A stretch of DNA of 64,000 bases from an uncultured delta proteobacterium (GTDB lineage: Bacteria; Myxococcota; B64-G9): assembly GCA_963754925.1 (NCBI GenBank), contig CAVWHX010000001.1, positions 128,001-192,000 on the forward strand, read 5' to 3'. Numbering within the stretch: the first letter of the stretch is position 1; every line of letters starts with the position of its first letter. The notes under the pieces were generated by a model, which saw nothing but the letters and a program-made list of their open reading frames with translations, made no database searches and was not told where the DNA came from. Shown here piece after piece: positions 51,713 through 61,934 of the stretch. Both the position numbers and the translations under genes were made by a program.

Positions 51713-53878
51713 ATGGGAAAACTCCAGCTGGTGATGGTGGTTCACTGCCATCAACCTTTCGGCAACTTTGAGTCGGTGTGCGAACGAGCTTTCCAGAGTT
51801 GCTACCAACCTTTTTTGGAGATGCTGGAGCTTCACCCCGGCGTGCGCTTGGGAATGCATTATAGTGGTGCACTGTTGGAATGGATTGAAGGGCATCACCC
51901 TGATTTTATCGAGCGGTTCACCGAGCTCTGCGCGCGTGGTCAGGTCGAGGTTCTCGGCGGCGGCTTCTATGAGCCCATACTGTGCCTGGTGCCGGAAATT
52001 GACGCGCTCGGGCAGATCCAGAAGATGCGGGAGTACCTCGCGGATCGTCTCGGAATTAGTCAAAAAGGATTATGGCTGGCGGAACGCGTGTGGGAGCCGG
52101 GACTTATCGAGCTGCTTAACCGTGCCGGGGTGCGCTATACCCTCCTGGATGATACTCACTTTTTGTATGCCGGGGTACCCCGCAACCAGTTATGTGGTTA
52201 CTACGTCACCGAGCGATTCGGCTCCACCCTGGCGGTGTTCCCGATCGAACGAAGGTTGCGTCGATCCATTCCGTATCGGCCGGTGCGCGAGATCATGGAC
52301 GAACTCAAGAAAGAAGCCGATAGCACGCCGCATGGTATAACGTACGGCGATGATGGCGAGAAGTTCGGTCTATGGCCGGGATCGCATGAGATCGCCTACG
52401 GTCAGGGATGGTTGACGGACTTCTTCGATGCGCTTGAAACCAACGCCGACTGGCTCGAAACCGTGCCGCCGGGTACGTATATGGATCGATTTCCGCCCAC
52501 GGGGCGCATATACCTTCCGAGCACTTCGTACGAAGAACTCAATACGTGGGCGTTGCCGGTTGAGACACAACAACGACTCGACGAGCTTAAGGCCGGACTT
52601 CGGGATGCCGGGCTCGCGGAAAAGGCCGAGTTCTTTTGCCAGGGGGGGATGTTCCATAACTTTCTGGTCAGGTATCCCGAGGCCAATCATCTGCATAAGA
52701 AAATGCTTCTCGTCAGCAGCAAGTTGAGCCAGGCGTTGGCCGATGGGCACGAGTGGACCGACGCGCACGAAGAAGCCCGGGAGGCACTCTATCGGGGCCA
52801 ATGCGGTAGCGCATACTGGCACGGTGTCTTCGGCGGCATCTACCTGCCCCATTTGCGGGATGCCGCCTATCGTGAACTCATCAAGGCCGAGTGTATTCTG
52901 GATACGCGCAGCCAAGGTGAGGTTGATTGGTTGTCCTTTGACCAGCATGATTTCGATGCCGATTTGGCTGATGAGGTGCTGATCGAGAGCGGTTGGCTCA
53001 ACGCCTATATAGACCCGGCTGAAGGCGGCTCGCTCACCGAGCTTGATTATAGACCGCGGTATCTGAACCTGACCGATGTATTGGCCCGCCGGCGCGAGGC
53101 GTACCATACGCGATCCATTGAAGGAGCAGAGCCTTCCGAGGTACAGAAGACCGGCGCGTACGATTCGGTGCGGCGGACGAGCTTTCTCGATCGCTTTCCC
53201 GCCGCGGATACCCAACTGGCTGCATTGCAGCGGGGGGAGTACCGCGAGGAGGGCGATTTCCTTACCGGATCCTACACCGTCTCGCGTCTGGACGAGGATT
53301 CCAGCGGCCAGGGTGATTGCGAGCTCGTGTTAACGCGTTTAGGGACCCTGAGTCGAAACGGTGCGAGCTACCCGCTCGAGATCGAGAAACGCTTTTGTTT
53401 TATGGCCGATCGACCAGAACTGCTGGCTGAATATACTCTTCGCAACCCATCCCAACAACCCCTCGATCTGTGCTTTTGCCCTGAGCTCAATTTAACCTGG
53501 TTGGCCGGTGAGGGGGGTAGCGAACGGTATTGGATCGCGTTTACGGGCGTGCCGCCCGAAGTCGCCGGCCAAGCAAAAGTCAGCGCACCAACCGATGTCG
53601 TTTGCCTGGCCGATCGGGTCGACGGGGTGACCATTTCCCTTGGCGTTAACCCATCCACGGTTGTGTGGTGCTACCCGGTCGTCACCTCCTCGCAATCAGA
53701 AGGCGGTTCGACGCGTATTCAACAAGGTCTAGCGGTGCTCGCTCGTTACGAAATTACTATTCCACCTGATGGCGTGGTACGGATTGCATTCCGTCTGAGC
53801 ATAGCGAACAATGATGCGGCCGAGACGGAAGCACCAAAACCGGAAGCAGGATTGGGAACAGGACCCAGGTCGGCTTAG
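51713..53878 (+). CDS. GH57 alpha-amylase / 4-alpha-glucanotransferase
   Basis: HCHQP, GGGFYEPIL, GLWLAERVWEP, GDDGEKFGLWP, YWHGVFGGIYLPHLR. Confidence 0.93.
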   Translation: MGKLQLVMVVHCHQPFGNFESVCERAFQSCYQPFLEMLELHPGVRLGMHYSGALLEWIEGHHPDFIERFTELCARGQVEVLGGGFYEPILCLVPEIDALGQIQKMREYLADRLGISQKGLWLAERVWEPGLIELLNRAGVRYTLLDDTHFLYAGVPRNQLCGYYVTERFGSTLAVFPIERRLRRSIPYRPVREIMDELKKEADSTPHGITYGDDGEKFGLWPGSHEIAYGQGWLTDFFDALETNADWLETVPPGTYMDRFPPTGRIYLPSTSYEELNTWALPVETQQRLDELKAGLRDAGLAEKAEFFCQGGMFHNFLVRYPEANHLHKKMLLVSSKLSQALADGHEWTDAHEEAREALYRGQCGSAYWHGVFGGIYLPHLRDAAYRELIKAECILDTRSQGEVDWLSFDQHDFDADLADEVLIESGWLNAYIDPAEGGSLTELDYRPRYLNLTDVLARRREAYHTRSIEGAEPSEVQKTGAYDSVRRTSFLDRFPAADTQLAALQRGEYREEGDFLTGSYTVSRLDEDSSGQGDCELVLTRLGTLSRNGASYPLEIEKRFCFMADRPELLAEYTLRNPSQQPLDLCFCPELNLTWLAGEGGSERYWIAFTGVPPEVAGQAKVSAPTDVVCLADRVDGVTISLGVNPSTVVWCYPVVTSSQSEGGSTRIQQGLAVLARYEITIPPDGVVRIAFRLSIANNDAAETEAPKPEAGLGTGPRSA

Positions 53879-53892
53879 GAGGCAACGTCACT

Positions 53893-55362
53893 ATGAGGAT
53901 TCTGTTCGCCAGCTCGGAGATGGCGCCCTATTCAAAAACCGGCGCTTTGGCGGATGTGGCGCATGGCCTTCCGAAAAAGTTGATTCAACATGGCCATGAG
54001 GTCACGGTCGTCACCCCGCGCTATGGTCACATAGACGTTGGAGCGTTTGATTTGAGGCGTCGCCGTACCAAGCTAACCATTCCGATCTGCGGCCGTCCGG
54101 TTCAGGGCGGTTACCTTGAAGGGCTGGGGCCGGATGGTATTGGCGTCCTCTTTGTTGACCAGCCGGGCTACTTCGAGCGCGATGGGTTGTACGAAACCCA
54201 GGGACAGGAGTACCCGGACAACGATGAGCGATTTGCCTTTTTCTCTCGGGGGGTGCTGGAGGCGTGCCGGTTGTGCGAACTGGCCCCCGATGTCATTCAC
54301 TGCAACGATTGGCAGACAGGCCCGGTAGCCGTGCTGCTCGAGACCGAGTACCGCGATCGGCCAGAACTGAACACCACCGGGACGGTCTTCACCATTCACC
54401 ATATGGCCGCGCAAGGGATCTTTCCGCCAAACGCCATGATGGCGCTCGGACTGCCCTGGGATCTCTTTACGCCATCGACCGTCGAGTTTTCCGGTAAGGT
54501 AAGCTACCTCAAGAGCGGCCTGGTCTTTGCCGACAAGCTCACCACCGTGAGCCATCGCTACGCTGCCGAGATTTGCACCGTCGGCTTTGGGTGTGGGCTT
54601 GACGGGGTACTGCATGACCGCGCTACCGACCTGCGGGGGATCCTCAACGGCGTTGACTACGGCGCCTGGGATCCGCGCCAGGATTCCTTGATCGCGGCAC
54701 GCTATTCGCCGGCTGATCTTTCCGGCAAAGCGGTATGCAAGGCCGAGCTCCAGAAGCGGTACGGTTTGCCGCAGCAGATCGGCGTGCCGCTTGTCGGTTG
54801 CGTGTCGCGCTTAACCGCCGAGAAGGGTATCGACCTCTTTCTCGATGCGGCCGATGAATTGATGCGCCTCGATTGCCAGTGGTGCTTTGTTGGTCAGGGC
54901 GAGCCGGCGATCGAACAGGCGTTGATGAGCCTCGCGGCGCGTTACCCGCATCGGCTGGCGGTGCACCTGGGCTCTGGCGAGGAGGTGGCGCACGCGCTCC
55001 ATGCCGGGGTGGACCTTTTCCTGATGCCTTCGCGGTTTGAACCGTACGGCCCGTCGCAAATCTACAGCCTCCGGTACGGGACGATTCCCATAGTGAGTAA
55101 TGTCGGCGGATTGGATGATGCTATCGATGACGTTTCAGAGGGCGAGGGGAATGGTTTTAAGTTTTCTGAAGCCAACGGGCGGGCATTAGGAGACGTCGTG
55201 CGCCGAGCGTTGGAATGGTATCATGACCGAGGAGTTTGGCAGCAGTTGATGCAACACGCAATGAGCCAAGACTTTTCTTGGGAGTTGCCGGCGCGGCGTT
55301 ACGAGGCGATATACCGCGAGGTCGTCGCCCTCCGCGCAACCAAGGCTAAAAAAAGTTCATAG
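53893..55362 (+). CDS. glgA: Glycogen synthase (GT5)
   Basis: SEMAPYSKTGALADV, IHCNDWQTG, TTVSHRYA, GILNGVD, SRLTAEKG, MPSRFEP. Confidence 0.92.
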   Translation: MRILFASSEMAPYSKTGALADVAHGLPKKLIQHGHEVTVVTPRYGHIDVGAFDLRRRRTKLTIPICGRPVQGGYLEGLGPDGIGVLFVDQPGYFERDGLYETQGQEYPDNDERFAFFSRGVLEACRLCELAPDVIHCNDWQTGPVAVLLETEYRDRPELNTTGTVFTIHHMAAQGIFPPNAMMALGLPWDLFTPSTVEFSGKVSYLKSGLVFADKLTTVSHRYAAEICTVGFGCGLDGVLHDRATDLRGILNGVDYGAWDPRQDSLIAARYSPADLSGKAVCKAELQKRYGLPQQIGVPLVGCVSRLTAEKGIDLFLDAADELMRLDCQWCFVGQGEPAIEQALMSLAARYPHRLAVHLGSGEEVAHALHAGVDLFLMPSRFEPYGPSQIYSLRYGTIPIVSNVGGLDDAIDDVSEGEGNGFKFSEANGRALGDVVRRALEWYHDRGVWQQLMQHAMSQDFSWELPARRYEAIYREVVALRATKAKKSS

Positions 55363-55381
55363 GATTGTCGAGGGAACAGCC

Positions 55382-56146
55382 ATGGGTCTGTGGGGCACGC
55401 TCGACGCCATGCCAATCGCCGAGTTGATGCAATGGTTGGCGAAAGTCAACCGTTCGGGAACGCTCATCGTTGAATACTCCGGGGTGACCAAGAGCATAGT
55501 TCTCGAGTCTGGTATGGTGGTCAAGGTCGCCTCGACCGACCCGCGCGAGTACCTTGGTCAGCTTTTGATCAACTTTGGATTGATAACGGAGGACCAGCTC
55601 CAAAAGGCGTTTGTGACCCAACAAGAAACCCAGGTGTTATTGGGAAAAATATTGACCATGACCGGTATTTGCTCGGAAGACCAAATCAAGCGTGTCCTCG
55701 TGTTGAAAATCCGTGAGTCGATTATGGATCTGATGCTGGTATCGGAAGGCTCCTTTGAATTCCAGAACGATTTGCAACCCATCGACCCTTCAATCGTTCC
55801 GGTGGCGGTGGATCTTTTTGCCCTCGTCAAGGAAGGGCTTGAACGCTGCGTTCATTATCAGCAGATTCGCCAGGTTATTCCGAGTAACACCTACCGTTTT
55901 GAAACGCAGGAACTGTTCATTCCCGCCGATCTGGACCCGCAATCAATCAATGCCTTGGTGCTTGAACAAGTGCGCCGCGGCCAGAATGTAGCGGATATGG
56001 TTCTCACGTTTCATTCCCTCGATTATCCAATTCTGAAAAGGATTTTCGATCTTGTCCAACGCGGCTGGCTCACGGTGGTCGAACCGAATCCGGAGTCAAC
56101 CCCGGCGGACCTTCCCGATGTTGACATCGAGATTGAATCGGATTGA
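55382..56146 (+). CDS. DUF4388 domain protein
   Basis: LWGTLDAMPIAELMQWL...SGTL...LGQLLINFGLITEDQL...EGSFEF. Confidence 0.85.
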   Translation: MGLWGTLDAMPIAELMQWLAKVNRSGTLIVEYSGVTKSIVLESGMVVKVASTDPREYLGQLLINFGLITEDQLQKAFVTQQETQVLLGKILTMTGICSEDQIKRVLVLKIRESIMDLMLVSEGSFEFQNDLQPIDPSIVPVAVDLFALVKEGLERCVHYQQIRQVIPSNTYRFETQELFIPADLDPQSINALVLEQVRRGQNVADMVLTFHSLDYPILKRIFDLVQRGWLTVVEPNPESTPADLPDVDIEIESD

Positions 56147-56161
56147 TTGAAGGGATGCACC

Positions 56162-57535
<1,374 letters not shown>

Positions 57536-57576
57536 GCGCTCGACGTGCCGAGGGCCGCAGGGTCGTCCCGGAAGGC

Positions 57577-58533
57577 CTAGAGGGCTGTGTCGGGCTGATA
57601 GAAATACGCGCTTTGCTGCAGCAGACAGATCTGATCTGATCCGGCTTCGCGGGCTAGATCGAGCGCCTTTTTGGCTTGTTCGATGAGGTTCGAGGCGCTT
57701 GAGACGTCTCGACTTGGGTAGAAAGAAACCCCCACGCTGACGTGCACTACCTTGCCATCGGGGCCGATAATGTTCATGGTTTTTACCTGGCGACAGATGC
57801 GACCAGCCACCGCGAGCGATCCGGTAAAATGGGTGCGCGGGAGAAGAACCGTAAAGCAATCGGGAGCGCTCCGCGCTATGACGTCAAACTCACGCATCCC
57901 GGCGCGTATAACATCGGCAAGCTCTCTGAGCAAAATGTCGATGGTTTCCTCAGCGTTATGTCGAGACAAATCTGCGAACTTTTCCAGGCTTATCAGGATA
58001 CAGGAGAGCGGCTCGCTGTATCGCTCGGCGCGTTCGAATTCCTCGGCGAGTCGTTCCTGAAGATGGCGTTCGTTGTACAGGCCGGTCGTTTGATCAAAAA
58101 GGCTTACGTCGTCCAGGAATTTGTTGTTGGATGCCAGCCGGTCGTACAAACGCTTTATTTGGAGCAGCGCCTCGATGCGCGCCAACAATTCACGGGTATC
58201 AACCGGCTTTCCCAGGTAGTCATCGGCGCCTGTTTTGAGGCCCTGCACCCGGCCGTCAGGATCGGTTTTGGCGGACATCAAGATGATCGGCAAGAATGCA
58301 TTCCCTTGGTTGCTCTTGAGAACGCGACAGAGGGAGAGGCCGTTCATTTCCGGCATGACCACGTCGAGTATAATCAAATCCGGCTTGAGATCCCGCGCGG
58401 TGGCAAGCCCCGTCGCGCCATTCGTGGCGAGGGCCACCCGGTAGTTCGCCTTTAACAGCATCTCTTCAAAAACGTGACGCACGCCGTCGTCATCGTCAAT
58501 TACCAAGATAAGCGGTCTTTTTTCGGTCGACAT
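57577..58533 (-). CDS. Response regulator receiver plus degenerate GGDEF domain
   Basis: LVIDDD, PDLIILDVVMP, GADDYLGKP; DQTTGLYN...REFDVIARSAPDCF...VSVGVS. Confidence 0.9.
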   Translation of the reverse strand: MSTEKRPLILVIDDDDGVRHVFEEMLLKANYRVALATNGATGLATARDLKPDLIILDVVMPEMNGLSLCRVLKSNQGNAFLPIILMSAKTDPDGRVQGLKTGADDYLGKPVDTRELLARIEALLQIKRLYDRLASNNKFLDDVSLFDQTTGLYNERHLQERLAEEFERAERYSEPLSCILISLEKFADLSRHNAEETIDILLRELADVIRAGMREFDVIARSAPDCFTVLLPRTHFTGSLAVAGRICRQVKTMNIIGPDGKVVHVSVGVSFYPSRDVSSASNLIEQAKKALDLAREAGSDQICLLQQSAYFYQPDTAL

Positions 58534-58598
58534 GGGAGGTCCTAAGTTAGTCACGGTGTCAGATTCTAGTATTGCATGCTCCGAGGGCTAGGACAAGT

Positions 58599-58707
58599 TT
58601 AGAGCCTGTTAGCTCGCGCAGCGAGCTTACAGGCTCTTATCCCCGAAGGGGATTAGAAATCGCCCAAGAGTGAAGTGAGCTTACAGGCTCTTATCCCTTT
58701 AGGGGTA
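58599..58707. repeat. Family B hairpin element, one full and one partial copy
   Basis: TTAGAGCCTGTTAGCTCGCGCAGCGAGCTTACAGGCTCTTATCCCCGAAGGGG and GAAGTGAGCTTACAGGCTCTTATCCCTTTAGGGG. Confidence 0.8.
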
Positions 58708-58712
58708 GCGAG

Positions 58713-58789
58713 TGTCATTTCGAGCGGAGCGAGAAATCTAAATAACGATAAGATCGTGTTGGAGATATCTCCCTTCGGTCGATATGACA
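58713..58789. repeat. TGTCAT...ATGACA-ended REP/MITE-like hairpin
   Basis: TGTCATTTCGAGCGGAGCGAGAAATCT...AGATATCTCCCTTCGGTCGATATGACA. Confidence 0.75.
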
Positions 58790-58860
58790 TTCCTTGCAAC
58801 CGCTTTCATTGATCCCGGGTCAGCTTCATGGCAAGCTGCAGGCACGAAGGAGGTGCGGTC

Positions 58861-59628
58861 ATGTTGCTGGTCATTGACGTCGGTAATACCAATATCGTTT
58901 TCGGCGTGTTCCAGGGAGAACAACTGTTACGGCATTGGCGGCTCGGCACCGCCGCCGAACGCAGCTCTGATGAATACGGCGCCTTGCTCGAGCAGTTCAT
59001 GTCCATGGCTGGCCTTGGTCTCAAAGACATCACGGCGACCATTCTCTCGTGCGTGGTGCCGCCCGTGGAGTGGATCATCATACACACCCTTGAGGAATAC
59101 CTGCATCTCGCGCCGATGATCGTCGGGCCCGGCATCAAAACCGGGGTGCGCATTCTGTACGACAATCCGAAAGAGGTTGGAGCGGATCGCATTGTCAATG
59201 CCGTCGCCGCATTGGCGCACCACCCGGGTCCGATGATCATTGTGGATTTCGGAACCGCCACGACCTTTGACGCTATCAGCAAAGAGGGGGATTATCTCGG
59301 GGGAGCGATTTGCCCCGGCATCAGCATTTCGATGGAGGCGCTTTTCCGTGAAGCTTCAAAGTTGCCCCGGGTGACCTTTTCCCAGCCGGATTCAATCATC
59401 GGCCGCAACACGGTCACGAGCATGCAAGCAGGTTTGTTTTACGGGTATGTCGGGTTGGTCAACGGCATGGTGGAACGCATGGCGGCCGAGCTCGGCGGCG
59501 GGGAGGTTCGGGTCGTCGCCACCGGCGGTTTGGCGAAACTTATCGGTCCGGCTTCGCGATACATCAAAGAAGTCGATAACTTGCTCACTCTCGAGGGCCT
59601 GCGGATCCTGTACGAACGAAATCGATAG
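58861..59628 (+). CDS. coaX: Type III pantothenate kinase
   Basis: IDVGNTN, SCVVP, YDNPKEVGADR, VDFGTATT, GGAICPG, ATGG; AAGGAGG RBS. Confidence 0.97.
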   Translation: MLLVIDVGNTNIVFGVFQGEQLLRHWRLGTAAERSSDEYGALLEQFMSMAGLGLKDITATILSCVVPPVEWIIIHTLEEYLHLAPMIVGPGIKTGVRILYDNPKEVGADRIVNAVAALAHHPGPMIIVDFGTATTFDAISKEGDYLGGAICPGISISMEALFREASKLPRVTFSQPDSIIGRNTVTSMQAGLFYGYVGLVNGMVERMAAELGGGEVRVVATGGLAKLIGPASRYIKEVDNLLTLEGLRILYERNR

Positions 59629-59797
59629 CGCGCTGCGGTACCACCTGATTATTAGATACAATCTACAATATTTCTGGTATAAATAGCATAAATATGAACA
59701 TTGGTGTCATGGCCGCATAAATATCTGTACCGGCAGTTCTCGGTATTTGTATACCGTACTTCGCAAATGTTCTTGAATGATAGGCATCTGAAAGAAA

Positions 59798-60160
59798 ATG
59801 CTAAAATATCCACTCCATTTGAGGCTCATTTCATGTGTGATTATGTTACTAGCAATTGTTGTTCCCTGTTTTTTTGGTAGTAGATCAGAACCTTGGTTTA
59901 TTATAATCCATGTAACATTAATCTTGGGGGGCTGTGTTTTTATAATTTCACTCATACCATATATTAATAATCAAACTAATCGAGAAATTGACAAACGGTA
60001 CCTTTACATATTTATACCGATAATTATCATATTAGCTACTATTTATCTTCTATTTCCAGAACCAATATCTAGTTTAATATATTTAGGTCCGTGGCTATTG
60101 TTATTAATATATCAAATTATCAAAATGAGTTATTTGATCTTCATAAAAGATAAGAAATGA
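59798..60160 (+). CDS. Hypothetical membrane protein (about 4 TM), AT-rich
   Basis: Hydrophobic segments; no recognisable motif. Confidence 0.5.
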   Translation: MLKYPLHLRLISCVIMLLAIVVPCFFGSRSEPWFIIIHVTLILGGCVFIISLIPYINNQTNREIDKRYLYIFIPIIIILATIYLLFPEPISSLIYLGPWLLLLIYQIIKMSYLIFIKDKK

Positions 60161-60196
60161 TCGCGTGGCCCATAGATGGATGGGTAGAAAACGATC

Positions 60197-60527
60197 ATGC
60201 GAAGAGGTGAGCTGATATCTTAATTATCTCGTTCTTTTGGGACCAATCGTGCTCTGTGGCGGCATGTTTTTCGGTTTATATTTAGCTATTAAGATACCGC
60301 ACGTTTTATTTTGGTTTATTATGGCCCTGTTCCTGAGTGGCTTTGTTGCCTTCGCTAAGGCAAAACTCTCGGTGATAACCCAGGGCCGCTTCTTTTCTCT
60401 CGGCTCTCGCAATATGTCCCGGTGGAATAAAGTGGCCTACTACTACGGGTATTGTGCGGGGGTCCTTGGACTTATAATGTGTCTCGGGTTTTTGATGTGG
60501 TCATATTATGCCTTTCAGCACTCGTAA
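60197..60527 (+). CDS. Hypothetical membrane protein, probable 1-nt frameshift at about 60217
   Basis: ORF 60237-60527 (AKLSVITQGRFFSLGSRNM...YYYGY); removing one base joins it to ATG 60197 giving MRRGELILNYLVLLGP. Confidence 0.55.
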
Positions 60528-60573
60528 TATAAGGTCTTCATAAAATAATAATTACAGATTTGGAGGTAGAAAA

Positions 60574-60954
60574 TTGAGTCGAATGAAAAACGTTGGGATG
60601 TGGATATTGTTTTTATGGCTCATAAATTCAGTAATGGGATTATTTGTGGCGGATGTTATTGCCAGTTCATTACATATTGGCGGCAGACCGCTACGAATAT
60701 TTTACTGTCTCGGTGCAGTCATCTGCGGCAGTGCTCTTTGGGGCCTTTTCAGGTCCAAACAATGGGGGGTAAAGCTTGCGGCGTTGATTTTTTCGTTGGC
60801 AACAGCATATACCTTATATAGAACATTAATCTTTATAGTCAACTCTTGTAGTCTCTCAAATTTGGGATTCAAGATATCAATTGGCGAACTTGTGATCAAT
60901 TCTGTATTTGCTTATGTTTTTATAAACCTACTAAGACAAAAAGTAACAAAATGA
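60574..60954 (+). CDS. Hypothetical membrane protein (about 4 TM)
   Basis: GGAGG RBS; hydrophobic segments; LWGLFRSKQWG. Confidence 0.65.
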   Translation: MSRMKNVGMWILFLWLINSVMGLFVADVIASSLHIGGRPLRIFYCLGAVICGSALWGLFRSKQWGVKLAALIFSLATAYTLYRTLIFIVNSCSLSNLGFKISIGELVINSVFAYVFINLLRQKVTK

Positions 60955-60989
60955 GAAATCAAAACCATTAATACAATGCATAGGTCTCC

Positions 60990-61152
60990 GTGCTCGGGCT
61001 GCGGTCCCGGTAGGCTGCGGCCTTCGCTGCCTGCGCGCGGATCCCAGGCTTTCGCTCCCTTCACTTTGCAATAGTTGATTTGCAAAGCTTCGGTCGCTTG
61101 GAACCCCCGCCCGCCCCGGCCGACCGGAACTCTTCTTGCTTCGACCGAGAAC
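60990..61152. repeat. Long imperfect GC-rich hairpin element
   Basis: Nested complementary arms CTCGG/CCGAG, CCGGT/ACCGG, CGGCC/GGCCG; apical CTTTGCAA/TTGCAAAG hairpin. Confidence 0.55.
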
Positions 61153-61202
61153 ATTTTAAAGCTGCCAACCAGTTACGAAACTCATCAGGTCTGGGAAGTT
61201 CA

Positions 61203-61232
61203 TTGACAAACAATTTGTTGAGGCACTAAGAT
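61203..61232 (+). promoter_or_regulatory. Sigma70 promoter of hicBA with spacer palindrome
   Basis: TTGACA-18 nt-TAAGAT; AACAA-T-TTGTT in the spacer; ATG 7 nt after -10. Confidence 0.55.
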
Positions 61233-61238
61233 AAGCTT

Positions 61239-61451
61239 ATGAATGGAAATGAGATCATCTTCATAGTCGAGGAGGCACTAGAGGGCGGCTACACCGCACA
61301 TAGCTTAGGCCATTCAGTCTTCACTGAAGGGGAGACCTTAGAGGAACTACGGGAAAACATTCGTGAAGCTGTTGAGTGTCACTTTGAACCAGATACCATC
61401 CCAAAAATAATAAGACTTCATTTCATCAAAGAAGAGACCATCGCTGTATGA
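61239..61451 (+). CDS. hicB: Short HicB-family antitoxin
   Basis: IIFIVEEALEGGYTA...FTEGETLEELRENIREAVECHF. Confidence 0.85.
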   Translation: MNGNEIIFIVEEALEGGYTAHSLGHSVFTEGETLEELRENIREAVECHFEPDTIPKIIRLHFIKEETIAV

Positions 61452-61693
61452 GCAAATTGCCGAGGGACATTAGTGGGCTTGAGCTGGTGCGATTGCTGGC
61501 CAAGGTCGACTATAACGTCGTTAGGCAAAAGGGCTCTCATATCAGACTCGAAAGAATTTCGAGCGAAGGAATCCACGCCATCACCGTTCCCGCCCACGAT
61601 TCTTTTAAGATTGGGACGTTCCATGCCATCCTCAAAGATGTTGCTGACCATTTTAAAATTGCAAAGTCAGATCTGATTAATAGGTTGTTTTAG
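61448..61693 (+). CDS. hicA: HicA-family mRNA interferase toxin
   Basis: KLPRDISG, RQKGSHIRL, ITVPAH, KIGTFHAIL; ATGA overlap with hicB. Confidence 0.9.
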   Translation: MSKLPRDISGLELVRLLAKVDYNVVRQKGSHIRLERISSEGIHAITVPAHDSFKIGTFHAILKDVADHFKIAKSDLINRLF

Positions 61694-61864
61694 TTATTAT
61701 TCAGATGATAGCAGGTACCAACTCGAGTTCAATACAACCGTAAAAACAGCCAAACAGGCCGGACGATCGTTGAAGACGCCGGCCACCCGTGGGGTGATGG
61801 ATCGAGCATCCAGGCAAGCGCTCCGGAGGCCGAAAAGCCAGGAGAGGATATTCACATCCAATGC

Positions 61865-61893
61865 TTGACAGCGCAGAAAGCCTGGACTACCGT
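61865..61893 (+). promoter_or_regulatory. Putative sigma70 promoter of the EF-G paralogue
   Basis: TTGACA-17 nt-TACCGT. Confidence 0.5.
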
Positions 61894-61934
61894 GAACGCC
61901 TTCGAGCCGTATGACATCACCTGCGGAGGCACGG

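Noticed and set aside
51320..51713. Short ORFs 51320-51586 (-) and 51408-51713 (+)
   Set aside because: No RBS, motif or coding-like composition; AT-rich intergenic DNA overlapping repeats.
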